Shown in pieces: positions 25,741-39,271 of a stretch of DNA of 64,000 bases. Location: positions 15,500,001 to 15,564,000 of the forward strand of contig CM052816.1 in NCBI GenBank assembly GCA_028534125.1. The letters are read 5' to 3'. Source of the DNA: Lama glama (taxonomy: Eukaryota). Under the pieces are notes generated by a model. That model did not search any database. It was not told where the DNA came from and worked only from the letters and a program-made list of their open reading frames with translations. A program made the position numbers and the translations under genes. Each line of letters starts with the position of its first letter. Within the stretch, counting starts at the first letter, position 1.

Positions 25741-28700
25741 TAGGTATTTTGTAAAGAAAGACAAAATGTTAACTGTGCGGCACTACTTGTTTATTCCAGT
25801 AACACAGGGTGGCAGGCCTGCAGGGCGCACTTGGGTCTGGCTGCTCAGTCCAGGTTGTCCAGGAGGCAACAGCAGCAGAGAGCAGCCCAGCACGCGGCCA
25901 GGGCGGCCTGACACCCGCTGTCCGTCTTCCTTTCCCGTTCCAACACGTACACTGGGGTGGGGCGGGGAGAGAGACACCTGGTCAGAGGGGACTCTGAGCG
26001 GCAGTGTCCCATGCTGCTTGGCACTTAGCACTATCTGTAGAGACTTGTCTTCCATCTCCCTCCCTCTCCAGACTGGGCTCCGGGAGGGGAGCCAGGCCCA
26101 GCTGGTTCCCGGCTCCATCCCTGCTCCAGTGTCGCACACGTCAGGTACTCAATGAATCTTTCCTTAATGTGTGAATGAAGGTGACATCTGCTCAGCAGCT
26201 GTCAGACCATCCTGCCACCTCCCCTTCCCCAAGCTGACTATGAAACCCAGCCCAGCACTTGACTGGCCCAAAGTGGTCCAGTTTGCAGTGAGGCCCACCC
26301 TATAGCCTGATGTGGCAGACACTGGCCCAAAGCTTTGCACATATCTCATTTAATCCTCACAATAGCACTGTTATCATTTGTAACTCTCAGTGTGCAGGAG
26401 TGTGAATTACTAGAAACCCTTTGGAAGAGAATGCAGGGTGGTGGTGGTGGTGGTGCATACAACTTTGACCCAGAAAATCTATACCTAGGATTTTTTCTAC
26501 AGAAATAATTTTTCAACTATTCAAAGATATGTGTACAGTGTGACTGCTGCTGTATTAAAATAACCCCAACTAGCAACAGCCTCAACGTCTGTCAAGCGGA
26601 GACTGATTAGCTAAATTAATGCATGCCATAGGACAGAATATTAAATAGTCTTTAAAAAAATTGGCTATTTTCCCACATTGCCAATAAATTAAGCAAGGGA
26701 TCAAAGCAAGGTATATAGCCGTGCTTTGTTTTATCTGTACAATTAAAAGGATACACTTTCACAAACACATATTCACACAACTTTCTAAAAGAATAAATCC
26801 AAGAAACTTACGGGCAGCGTGTGGGAGAGGTAGGGCTCTTACTCTGTTTTGCATTTTACATTTTTCTCAAATCCAGCCTTTCTTTCTGATTCCAAAGCCT
26901 CACTCAAAGCTGTTCCGCTGTTGTCACTGCCAAGGTCTTGTAGGCAGGAGGGAGAGAGGGAGGGCCTATCGGTTTTAGCATGTCCTGAACTTCTAGCCTC
27001 TGGGAGCAGCTGGCATTGACTGATCTGGGCTCCCCGGTGGCACTGGCCACAGTCCTGGACTGCCTTCCCCAACGTCACTGTTACCTACAGACCCCCTCAG
27101 CCCTACTTCCTCTAACCTGTGCTCCTAGTTATCTCGCTCCTTTATAGCCTGGCCTGGCCCTGTGACCTACCTGCAGTCTCCCCTATCAGATCTGCCTTTG
27201 ATGCAGTTCTGACTCCCCTCAGGCCTTTCAGCCCTGGGTGCAGGCTGGGGCTCCCACTGACCAAATCCATCGAGCTGCAGATGGATCAAATCACCATCCT
27301 CCCTCCAAGGAGCTGGGAGACCAGAGAGTGCCTGGCACTGGTATAACTCCTAAAGCTGAGCCCCAGGAGCCAGAAACACAGCCCTTCATCCCCAGCCAGG
27401 TCCCCAACAGCTCACTGCCAGGGTTCCTTTGGCATCTCCTTCCTCTCTCTAGTGACACCAGCTGGTGGCATTTCTGAAACCAACCCAGCTTCTTCTCTTC
27501 CTCTTGCTTTGGGTTTGGGCAGGTAGTCTGGAGCCCATCCGGGCCTAGTGTTGCACAGAGAGGGCACTGAGGTGCAGATACAGTCAATCCAGACTTTGCA
27601 CTCCCCTGCAGAGGCCATGGGCTGTCTTCCAGGGGCCACCTTCAGTCCCTCACCAGCCCCGCTGGCTCCCCTCTGCTCATCCTGTGATGGCAAACACCAT
27701 GCTCTTTCTTCTTTCACATCCTCAGCTGAGCCCCTCCTCTCCGTGAGGCCCCAGGCTGCTGCTAGCCACCCCTCCAGCCTGTTAGCAACGTCTGTCCGTG
27801 CTTACTTACCTGATCCTGAAAGCAGTGCCCACCCCACCCCTTGGCTTTCAACACTGGGCTCATCCTCACCTTCTTCCTCCAACTAACCCCTCCAGATTTC
27901 TGCTCTGCCTCCGGGGCCCTCCCTGGAACCTTGGGACGTGGGACGGATGCCACCTCAGCCAAGGCACCTGCCTGCTGCTCCCAACTCAGCCCTCATCACC
28001 CTTTTCTTCATTGTCACCAGACTGAAGTCTGGATATCCCTGCACACTCACAGGCAGAGAACACACTGGTCCTATTTTACACAGGAGGTAGCTGCAGAAGA
28101 GAAGGCTACCTGGTCTGTCCAGAATCAACTAGAAGGTAGCACTGACATGTCAGTCAGTGTCTGAGTTCCCCACGCAGCACACTCCCATGTGCTGCGCTTC
28201 CTGCCCCTCTCAAAAACACCCAAGCTCCTCCTCCCCACAGCACTTTCTCCTTCGCCACCCAGACTGTCCACAGTCAGACTGCAGGGACCCCATGGGTCAG
28301 AATCCAGCCACGTTCAGCAACCTCGCTACTTAGAAATACCTGTAAGGGCCTTGGGGACCTCAGCCAAATTCCCTTGTTTTTCAAGACCCAGATCAGGTCT
28401 ACCTGCCTCCACAGGAAAGGCTGCTTCTCAGTATGGCAGAGCCAAGCCCTGGCTCGGTCAGCCTCGAAACACAGCACCTTCAGGAGACCGTCCAGTGCTC
28501 TATGTGAGTGGGGCCAGTGCCTCCACTTCATCAGTCAAGAAACCCAACTTCATGCACAGGGTGAAGCCTAGTACTTGGCTGACTGATAATCCAAAGGGAA
28601 GTATTCTATGGGATGAAATTCCTCTGAGCTTCAAACATGGAGGCCTGTATTTGGTGGCTGCAGGACTCTGGTCTCTGTGGAAAGCTGGGTGAGGACAGCT

Positions 28701-28887
28701 CTGCTATGAGGAGGCAGGAGCCCACTTAAGGCTGTATTCACGAAGCGGAGAGACAGCTGCCTTGAAACTCTGCGACGCTGTGGGCTGCGGTGGCCAAGGT
28801 GTGCAGCAGCACATCCCTCCCCGTGCAGACTGCCTGCCCAGACCCCGCCGTGCTCTCTGCCCACTCCCGCAACGCGCAAAACAACAG

Positions 28888-28901
28888 CCTGCAGGGGGCA
28901 C
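28888..28901 (+). promoter_or_regulatory. CTCF core-like motif
   Basis: CCTGCAGGGGGCAC, near consensus, in a CpG-retaining patch (~28740-28950). Confidence 0.5.
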
Positions 28902-31900
28902 CAGCTGTGTTCTCAGAAAAACAAGTCTCCATCTCCCCAGCCCTCTCCGTGCCAAAGTGGCCCCAACTGCTCCAACATCTCTTCCTAGGAACCGAGTTTT
29001 GAGTTTCGACAGGGGAGGGGTGTTGGTAGGCAGTGGGTTCTCATCAGATTGTGGAGATGGGATGTTCAGAGAGAAGCAGGGAAGACCCCTTCCCCCTACC
29101 TGACACCGTCACCCCAATCAGGTCACAATTCCCAAAGACACTCTGTTCCAATTCTGTGGGAAGCATCACAATTAGACTTTCAGAATAGAGATTTTAAAAA
29201 GACATATCAAATTAGATTTAAATATAGGTTCATCTACTCATTGGCCATGTAACCTGGGCAGGTGACAACCTCTCTTGAGCCTCAGCTTCCTCCCCTGAAA
29301 AATAGGAGTAACCTGGAACACTGTCAAGTATTCAGTACATGCTCATTGATGTTATTACTGTTATTCAAATGACTGACCCTCAGGCAGACCCCTCCCAGGA
29401 CTGAGTAAAGAGCTGGCATAAACCTGGTAGAGGAAAGGGGTGGGAAGAGTTCCCTAGACTCTGGGGAGAAGCCTCAGAAATAACAGGAGGCTGAGAGGGA
29501 GAATCAAATTAGGCTGTTATGGGAGCAAAGGACCTGCAAGATCAGCCAGCCCTGCACTGTGCAGTGGAGTGACAGGTGCTGCAAGAGCGGGGTGTGCCCA
29601 AGGCCACTGTGAGGGAAGGCGGCAAATGAACAGAGCCAGGCCCCCATCTCCAGTAGCCCTGTAGCAGGAGGACCCAAGGAGGCTGGAGGTAGAACTGTCA
29701 GCAACTCGAGGCCCTGCCCTCTTCCCAACACACACACAGACACACACACGCCCTGTCACTGTTCCTTTGGCCTCAACCAACCACATGGCATCAGAGCCTA
29801 GGTTCAGAGTTGGGGAGACACAGGAAGTACGACTCTAGGAAGCTCGGGAAGGACCCAAGACAGAGCAACTTCCAGGGACAGTGGAAGGGGAGCTAGTATA
29901 CTGAGTCTGGGGCAGAGGAGGGACCTGGTTAGCATGGGAACAAACAGGTTGTAACCCAAGGACCACAGACAGACCTGCACCCTGAATGCTGGGGCTGTGC
30001 CTAGTGACAGCCCATCCCACCACTGAAGGCCTGGCCACCCTGGGCTCTGTGGCACTGGACCCCAGCAGGAAGCCCCGCAGTGGGTTTCCCAGGACCTCCT
30101 AGACCATCTGCCAGTCCTCAGCCATCCCGCACAGACAGCGGCATCTGGGCATAGCCGCCACCCCGCCCCCAGGATCTGGCCGTGCACCCCTGAACAACCT
30201 CTTCTTTCTTTCCCTGCCAGAGGAACGGCTCACCTGCCCCAGGGCAGAAGTGCCCTGTCTCCTCCACATCAGCTCCAGGAATAGCTGCCTGATTGAGTAG
30301 CGGCCCCGCCTGGGGCTCAGGCCAGGGACCTTGCTTGAGGTTGGGTTACTACGGGAAAAGCTCTTCTTCCACACCCCACACAGATCTTCCAGATCCTCTG
30401 AAAAGCATCTCATCAGCTGCCTGGCAAATTCCTCCCTTCATCCTCTAGCCTCTAAAGCCAAACCAAATAAGGCAACCATCACGGGACTAAAATGGTAGCC
30501 CCGATACCCAGCACATACTAATGCCTTCTCTCAGCTCACCCCCGGCTCAGACTCATCTGTGCACCTTCCTTCCTTCCTTGGTTTAGGCTCCAGTGCAGTT
30601 GCCCAGGGCCTGGACTCTGCCCTTCACCTCTCCCACCCTCAGCGTCCACCTGTAGAAAGCGGGGTTGACAGTGTGCCTGGTGAGGTCCCAAAGAGATGAA
30701 AATGCATTGGCATCAAGGTATCACTTGATCCTCTCTCCTCCCACCCCTGCAGCCACATGCCAGAGCAGGAGAAGGCAACAAACAGTCAGCACTGTGAAGG
30801 GCAGAAGAGAGAAGCGGACGAGCACGTCCCCCTCCTCCTCTGCACTGCCCACCGGGCAGTCCCCACATCTCCTCCATGCGTTTCCTCTGAAGGCCTGCCT
30901 GACCTGGCCCAGACCGTCTGGGATCTTTCTGACTCAACTGCTGCTATCACACTATCGTTACAATCATCCGAAAACCAAGGAGTCCTTAAGAAGAGTGCAG
31001 CGGAGACAGAGATGGGCCCCAGGGAAGTCTTTAGATGAAAAGGGTTGGCTACTATTGTACTGGAGGCAGAGCGCCCAGGACAGAGCCTGGGGGTAAGAGA
31101 AGGAAGCTCTCCCTTCTTGGCCAGCTCTGTTTTCTTTTTACTTGTGTCATTGGAATAGATAAGAAAACAGGACTGTCTCAGAAATGGCTGGTTTATCCTT
31201 AAGGTTTCTAAATGCCTTAACTACACTGTGAGGTCCTTAAATGCAGCGTACAGGTCTTCTCTGTGCTCCCTTCTCCACTTCCTAACTGCTTTGGCAAATA
31301 CAGAAGGACATTGGATGAAAGAAGTCTCCTCTAGAGGTAGAGCAATCCTTGACAGGACAGATGAGTTGAATCCCCTAAAAGCCCACTATCCCCCAGGCGT
31401 GTACACACCACAAATTACCGAGGGCCTGAGGGCTGGTTCGAAGCTGGTGCAGGCAAAACCAGCTCTTGTGGCAACTCCAAATGCCAAGGTATTTCAGGAG
31501 AGTATTTTACTTTCCAAGGGGCAAAAGATGACATGTAATTCCAACAATGCTAAATGTTGTGTAAGAACTGGATGAAACAAAAACATGACGAGAACCAGCA
31601 GGCCTGGTGGATAACACCACCCCTTCGGGCCCGCACAAAGCTGCCATGAGTAGAAGACAAGTGACCTCAATGGCCTCAGTTGTCAGTCGGCTCAGGTCCC
31701 AATATGGAGCCAGGTCTGGGGACAAGGCCAAAAGACCAGTCCAACTTGGGTTAGGAGGGCAAAGTCAGAAAAAGGCTGCACCCCTGGAGCAAGCCAGCTG
31801 TAATCAGGTGCACTGCCTAGCGCCAGTGCCCACCGCCAAGTGACAAGGGTGCCCCACAATCACAAGGAAGTGGCCAGCGAAGTGTAATCAGCGACAGGTA

Positions 31901-32109
31901 ACACGTAAAACTGGGATTGTAACATGCTGTGAAGGCTGATCAAATATCAAAATGAAGTCTGATGTTACGAGTGACCAGTGGTGGTTAGGCTGGAGTCTAA
32001 AATTAGACGGTGAGTAAAGCTACCTTTTGGCCTGTGAGTCTAGCCCTCACAGGCAAAGGGTGAGTCATCAGAAACTGACCTTCAAAGACATCTTGCTCCT
32101 GTGCTGTAA

Positions 32110-32619
32110 AACTCTTACCCAAAAGAACTGAAAGCAGGGGCTCGAGCAGGTATTTGCACATCCATGTTCACAGCAGCATAGTCACAATAGCCAAAAAAAA
32201 AAAAAAGAAGCCACTCAAGTGTCCATCGATGGCTAAGAGGATAAACAAAACATGGTCTAGACATACAATGGAATGTTTTTCAGCCTGAAAAAGGAAAGAA
32301 ATTTCGACAATGCTACAACATGGGTGGGCCTTAAAGACATTGTGCTAAGTGAAACGAGCCAGTCACGGAAGGACAAATANNNNNNNNNNNNNNNNNNNNN
32401 NNNNNNNNNNNNNNNNNNNNNNNNNNNNNNNNNNNNNNNNNNNNNNNNNNNNNNNNNNNNNNNNNNNNNNNNNNNNNNNNNNNNNNNNNNNNNNNNNNNN
32501 NNNNNNNNNNNNNNNNNNNNNNNNNNNNNNNNNNNNNNNNNNNNNNNNNNNNNNNNNNNNNNNNNNNNNNNNNNNNNNNNNNNNNNNNNNNNNNNNNNNN
32601 NNNNNNNNNNNNNNNNNNN
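32110..32619 (+). mobile_element. L1MB-like 3' region with N-gap 32380-32619
   Basis: tacccaaaagaactgaaagcaggg...catgttcacagcagca; translation ATTWVGLKDIVLSETSQSRKDK is an ORF2 C-terminal motif. Confidence 0.88.
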
Positions 32620-35600
32620 ATCCTCTGATCATTCATGAGGATTCCAGGCATCTCAACACCCCTGGGCGGAGAGATACAGGAGCTTCACTTGACAGCAGAC
32701 AAAGCTCTGTATGCTAGTGGCTTGGGGACGTTCTGTTCCAGCAGCTGTTTCAGTTCTGGTTTGGTGGTATGGTCGATCCTACCATCCCCCGGGGCCGGCC
32801 TGGACGCCAACTAGCCGGAGGCACGTTGTAGTCATCAAAGAAAGCAAGTCGCTCTGCCTGCCCAGGTGCCCACCTGCCGGAAGGCCCTTCCGGGCTGCTC
32901 CCGCCAGACCCCACAGACAGGATGTACAGGAGGGGAGAGAGGCTGCTGCTGCAGGCACCTTGCTCCATCTCCCTCCCACCTCACATGCTCAATTCTCATT
33001 TTTCTGACACTGCCAAACCTACTGAGGAGTCCAGGGATAAAAGACACCATCCCTGACTCAGGCAGCTCACACACCACCTTGGAAAGAAGAGCCAACGAGC
33101 TAGTTTGAGGACATGCACGGTGACACGCCACACAGTGGGAACCAATAATCAACAACTAGGTTTCAGAATCAGGACAGGATGAGCTAAGGAGTTTTCTTCC
33201 CTTACAAGAAAATTGAAAGAAATGCTGGCCAGTGAGTGGCTCACCCGGAAACAGGCATCATTTTAGACGGACCCAGGCTGTGCTACAGCCGTGGCTTCTC
33301 CTGACAGATACCACCATAGCCTGACTCCCCCTGCTCCAAGGAGGGAGTGGTGGTGATGGTGATTAACACACAATCTGTTAGTTCACACCCTCCTGAGCAG
33401 CAGGAAAGACGCCTGGAACCAGGGAATCATAGAAACAAAGTAAGGAGAGAAAAGGCAGAAGGACAACAGAAATGGACCCAGAACCACAAACTCCCAATGT
33501 CACTGGCTTCTGAATATAAGACAATGACTGCCATGATTTTGGATGCTACATGGAAACCAGGAAAATCATTTTTCTGGTTTTCAGGCATTAGGTTACCGAA
33601 AAAAATGGAAAGGTTCCTTTGAGGAGAGCTGGCTCTTTGAAATGGGCCCAACTGGGCAGAGACCACCAAGGAGGGAGCCGCTGGGTTCTACCAATTAGCG
33701 TCCAGGCACAGACAGGCACAGGCCGCCCTGCTATCAGCAATGTTAGTCAGACTCACACTGAGCACCAGCCTTGGGAATCTCATTCAAATAGTACTTGCTG
33801 CATTTTCTAATAAGGCAAACACCACCGTATCATTTTTCCTGAACATGAAGCGTGCTTTTATCTTGGGTATACAGACCACAACTGGCTTCTGCCCGTACCA
33901 GGTTCCTGAGTTACTGATTAACAGTTCCAGCAGATACATTTATGCAAAATGTCCCAGGTTGTTCTCTTCCTCCTTGGTCAGGCTTGGCTTGGCGATAAAA
34001 ATAGCCGTATTTTCACCTGAATGCACCTGAGTTTAGAGCCCCGGTACATGCTGAGTTCTCAGGTGGGCATAGGCCAGGATGAGCACTCTCCGTGAACACA
34101 GATTTGGGGCAGATCTCACTTGGAAGGCCTGTCTCCCACCCCTACCCTCTCCTCCCTGAAGCACATCACTCACCATTTCAGAACAAAGGTCATCCTTGCA
34201 GATTTGGAAACAACTATGTGAAGTGCCTGGGCTCCTCCAAGTAACCACAATTTCTGCTGTTTTGTAACGTGGCCACAAGCCAACATCCACCCAAATGTCA
34301 ACAACAAAGGGTCCTGAAAACCACCACCTCTGGCCTCATATTTGCCCACTGAGTCATGGGTCATTTGGCAAATATGAGGCCAGAGGCTTCCCCACTGGGA
34401 AAAGGGCGACAGTGGGGTACCCTGGCCTGTAGGGCTGTGACTAGAACTTGCTAGCCCGGGAGACAGGGCTGGAGTTTAGGACAACTTCCTTCCATGGTAA
34501 GCTCTACCAGTCCTAGCCAGCTTGTCATTGAAGCTTGATCCAAAATGTCTCCAACAGCAGGACCATCCACCTTTCCAGTGGAACAGCAAGAGGCAGGCTA
34601 ATCCTTGCTATGAGGTGGGACGAGGTGAGATCAGCCTTGGAGGGAGAGGTTTGCAGGGAGAACAGAAGGCATATGACTGCTCCCCAGCCACTGAGGGTTC
34701 AGCTGCCCAAGGAGGTGGGTTTACTTCCAGCACTGCAAGTCTGGAGAAGGGAAGGACTCTTAAGAAAACCGACGGCCCGGCACACTCCATGAGGGCCCAG
34801 GCCTGCAGCCCTGCTGGTGTCATCAGTCAGGAGCCCCTCCCCAGGGCGCAGCTCAAGCAGACACCACCATCCCAGCAGCTCGCCAAGGAACGCTGTGGAC
34901 GTGAGGAGAGCTGGCTCTAGGGTCCTGTTGCCAGGGTCCGCTCTCGGGGCCACTGTGAAGGTGTGACAACCTCTCCCAGCTTCAGTTTCCTCACCCGGGA
35001 GATGGGGATAATAATAGCGCCTCTTCCCTCATCAGGTTCTTCGGGGACGTAATGACTTAAACCGCACAGGCCAGGGCCTGGTATACAGGAGGCACTCGGT
35101 TTATGTTAACTGCCCTTATTCCTCCCAAGACAGAGAGCTGAAGGACAGAAGGCAGGGCTCCCTAATTGCTGAGACACCTGAAAGCCACGTGGGCATTACG
35201 GGAAGATTCTATAGACCGCTGTTCATTCTACACGGTAAGCTGAGGTCTTCGGAAGAACAAACAAGTGACAGAAATACAGTAGAAGAGGTGTCTGTCTCTC
35301 TACGGTGCTGCCTGGGCCCAGCTCCTGGTGGATGCCAGGCTGCTGGGCGCCAACCTGGGAAGGCCAGGGACACTGTTCCTAATGACATTCACAATCACAC
35401 AAACATCCCTGTCACCTCCCCGCCGCATCAGCAGGTGGAGCTGGCGCCACCAGGGATCCTTCCCTCAGCTGCTCACCCTCAGTACCCTCCTCCCATGCCC
35501 GCGGGGGTGTGGTGGTGGGGTCCTGTTGAAAAATTCCTTTTGATCTCCAAGATGAACCCTGGTGGATCCTTAGCTCCTGATTCTACCTGGATAAAAACAC

Positions 35601-36243
35601 AGAACACTTCCAAGTCACCACACCACGCCTCTAGCCTAGCCCAGGGCACTCAGTAGGCCTGGCAGACAGGGGACATGGAATGAATGAGTGAATGAACGAA
35701 TGAAGTGATCTGTCTTGCACCTTTTACCTTGGTTGGAAAAGCTGTTTCCAGCCTGCCTTAGAGGACTTAGCTGGCTGTTCTCTGAAGCAACGGCAAAGTA
35801 CTACTAAGAAAAAATACAAAGACCCTGTCAGTCTTAAGTTCTTAAGGAAGGGAGTCACTCCCACTTCTGTCAGTTCAAATCCTTCAGGAGACCGTGGTTC
35901 ATCCTGAACTTCCATGAAATGGTTGAAGGCAGCCCCTGGTATCAGAGTCATCCCTCTATCCCAGAAGGGATCAATTTGGGAGAAGATCTTGGGAAAGAGT
36001 AAAGCAAAAAAAGGGAGATAGGGTCCTGAGCCTGGCTGGGCCAGGGAGAGTGGGCCCTGCAGCCCCGGAAGATACCTTCTCCAGAGGGGCCTTCTGGGAG
36101 CCTTTTCTTCAGATCTGCAGGCCTAAGGTATTGTGCCCACAGCCTTGAGGAGTTCATGGTTACCCACGGGTACTCGGACAGGGCTTTTTGGGGACAAGGG
36201 GGTGGAGGGGATGGGGAATACTGATTCTTCATAAACTACCCAT

Positions 36244-36882
36244 NNNNNNNNNNNNNNNNNNNNNNNNNNNNNNNNNNNNNNNNNNNNNNNNNNNNNNNNN
36301 NNNNNNNNNNNNNNNNNNNNNNNNNNNNNNNNNNNNNNNNNNNNNNNNNNNNNNNNNNNNNNNNNNNNNNNNNNNNNNNNNNNNNNNNNNNNNNNNNNNN
36401 NNNNNNNNNNNNNNNNNNNNNNNNNNNNNNNNNNNNNNNNNNNNNNNNNNNNNNNNNNNNNNNNNNNNNNNNNNNNNNNNNNNNNNNNNNNNNNNNNNNN
36501 NNNNNNNNNNNNNNNNNNNNNNNNNNNNNNNNNNNNNNNNNNNNNNNNNNNNNNNNNNNNNNNNNNNNNNNNNNNNNNNNNNNNNNNNNNNNNNNNNNNN
36601 NNNNNNNNNNNNNNNNNNNNNNNNNNNNNNNNNNNNNNNNNNNNNNNNNNNNNNNNNNNNNNNNNNNNNNNNNNNNNNNNNNNNNNNNNNNNNNNNNNNN
36701 NNNNNNNNNNNNNNNNNNNNNNNNNNNNNNNNNNNNNNNNNNNATGATAAATCACAGAGAAAAAAATGTGACAATGAGTGTGTATATGTCCATGAATGAC
36801 TGAAAAATTGTGCTGAACACTGGAATTTGACACAACACTGTAAAATGATTATGAATCAATAAAAAATGTAAAAAAAAAAAAA
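36244..36882 (+). mobile_element. Young L1 3' end, mostly hidden by a 500-N gap (36244-36743)
   Basis: The visible part resembles the 3' UTR of the L1 at 57990-59124 (atgactga...attgtgctg...acac...gaa.ttgacacaaca.tgtaaa) and ends aataaa plus poly(A). Confidence 0.8.
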
Positions 36883-38803
36883 GAACAACTCAAATACAAT
36901 CTTGCAGGCTCTAAAATTCTCCAGGCTGACAAGGTATCCCATGGTACCAAAGGGACTCATTTCAAGGGTAAATGGAAAAGCTCAGAGGGAATCAAGAGAC
37001 TACTAAAAAATAAGTCAAATCGAAATGTTTTTTCCCTAAGGAAAATGCAATTGAAAGGCACTGAAATCTCTCCTAGGCTATTCCCAACGGTCTTTAAGCA
37101 GATATGTCCCTGGGAAAAGGTTCTGATGCCTGGGACCCCAAAGAGGAGCTCTCCACATCACCACACACACCCAGCTACAACCTTTAGCGTGCATGTGCAT
37201 CCCTGTGTGTGTGGGTGGGGGGATCCTACTCTCTTCTCCAGCTTCAGAAAGCCTCTAAAGTCTAGAAGGCTGAGGATAGGTAAGGGCATCCATCCCTAGG
37301 AAGTGAGCCATCTTTTCCAATCAGGATCCCAGCCCACACATGCAACACACCGTTTTGATCTAATGAGGAAAAAGCCACTGAGCCCCACAGTGGAAGGAAG
37401 GGAGGGAACAGCACTGGCTTCTCAAAACTTAAAGGGCTGCAGCCTTGACAGCACACAGCAGCGAGCTTCCTGGCTGGGAGCTGCTAAGGCTTTCCAGAAG
37501 AGCCGATAGGAAAGTCAGTATTCCCTGAGGAGGAAGCCACTCCCTCAGAGAGCCAAGGCAAGTCTGGAAGAGTAGAAGACCAGGCAGGCTGCAAATACTA
37601 CCACTGTCTGCTCGCTGGTCGGTTCCAGTGGGTCTCTCAGCCCCCGCTGGACCAGCTCACGGGGCAGGAGCTGGGTCCGCGACATCCCTGGAGCTCCCAA
37701 GGCCCAACCGCTGCAGACACAGGTTCACTGGGTTCAGGGATTGAGCTTGCTACACCTGGCATAGACATTTCAGTGACATGCATTCCCTTTCGCTTCTCTG
37801 TGGCTTGGGTTCCTCCCCTGAAACATGGAGACAAGAACAGCAACAACCTCTTGGGACTGTTACAAAGATTGCATGATTAACTACTTGAAAAGCAACACAG
37901 TGCCGGGCACAAAGGAAGCACATAATAGACTGGAAGTATTATCGTTGCTGTTATTCTATAAATAAATAAAGGGCGAGAAGGAAAAGAGATCTATACTGTA
38001 GAGCTTTACCCTGTACTGAGATTTTTTAAAAACAGAATAATTTAGATTGGGGTAGGGGGAACCCTAGCATGAAGTCAGCAGTATGAGATTGACACCTGAA
38101 ATGGAGACTTCATTGAAAATTGATCACCACTCTGTAAGACTTGCACATAACTATGGGACCAAGATGCAGCTGAAGACACACAGGCGATGAATTTAAAACG
38201 AAGAAAAAACCCCAAAACACCCAGTAACATTTTTATGTAGCATCTCATTAGCTGCAAATATACCTCCTGGACATAGATTAACAAACTAGTCAAATTTCAA
38301 AAAGGGGCATCATAAAAAATAAATATAGACCGAAAGATTTATACCAAGACGTTAACTACTGTTTCTAGACAGCAAAAGTATTATTTACTTTTTATAAAGA
38401 AGAGCTATTTCTGTAATTTAAAAAATTATTTTAAAAACGAGGCCATGTTTCTCTGTGTGAGAACCCACATACCCCCCAGGGGCAGCAGCCTGCGGTACAG
38501 CAGAGCTGCACTAGGTCAGGGTGTGGAGAAAGCCCCCTTCTGGTCCCTGACCATGCTGGACGTGGTCACCACACACGCGTCAATGTCTGCTGGGCTAAGC
38601 CCTCTTCCAGTGGCAGAGACACCAATCCTTGCCATCTTCATCATCAGCATTTTAGTTATAATCATCCTGTGTCACATCCCGCTTTTTAGAGCTTCTCAAC
38701 TCTGGGGAGCCACAATATAAACAGAATATAGATTTTTCCGCTGTGGCGAACCACACTGACCACTGGGGAGCGGGTGCTAGGCGCCCCTGGGCACCGAGCC
38801 ACA

Positions 38804-38817
38804 CCAGCAGGGGGCGC
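38804..38817 (+). promoter_or_regulatory. CTCF core motif
   Basis: CCAGCAGGGGGCGC is a consensus-level match to the CTCF core, in a locally CpG-rich patch; binding itself is not shown by sequence. Confidence 0.65.
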
Positions 38818-39147
38818 GAGTGGAGCTGCCCGGCTCATACCTGGCCTTGGAGCTGGCCTCCTGGCACTGCGATTGCCTCACTGTCTGGAAGGGTATGTCC
38901 CAGGGAGAAACCCCTGCCACCCTAAGGGACCTCACACAGGGCAGTCCCAACACCACGGTCTTAGCTTCAATCCTAGAGACGGATCTGCTCCATCCCACCT
39001 GCACCTTCCAGTTTCCCTAGAGGCCTGTTTTTTTTTTTTAAATTTACTCCCTGGATGCCTTTTAGCCAAAGCAGCCTCCTTTTTCTTGCCCACCAAACCA
39101 GCTTCCTCATTGTTTATATCAACCTAGCTTTAAAAAGCTTATGCAAG

Positions 39148-39271
39148 GGGGAGGGTATAGCTCAGTGGTAGAATGCATGCCTAGCCTGCATGAAGTCCTG
39201 GGTTCAATCCCTAGTTTCTCCATCAAAGATAAATAAAACCTAATTACCTCTCCCCCCAAAAAAATTTTTTT
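39148..39271 (+). mobile_element. tRNA-derived SINE, camelid vic-1-like
   Basis: ggggagggtatagctcagtggtag... with Pol III A box TAGCTCAGTGG (39158-39168) and B box GGTTCAATCCC (39201-39211), A-rich tail, and TSD AAAAAGCTTATGC(A/G)AG at 39132-39147 and 39272-39287 at a TT/AAAA L1-endonuclease site. Confidence 0.88.

Noticed and set aside
36123-36833. Long ORFs running through X stretches (also at 4290-5161, 32273-32717, 58337-58768)
   Set aside because: Artefacts of N-gaps, which contain no stop codons.
38472-38486. Second CTCF-like word ccccccaggggcagc
   Set aside because: One G short of the core spacing, so it does not fit the motif register.
39148-39222. Functional tRNA gene
   Set aside because: Acceptor stem pairing looks degenerate, and it has a SINE-type tail and TSD.
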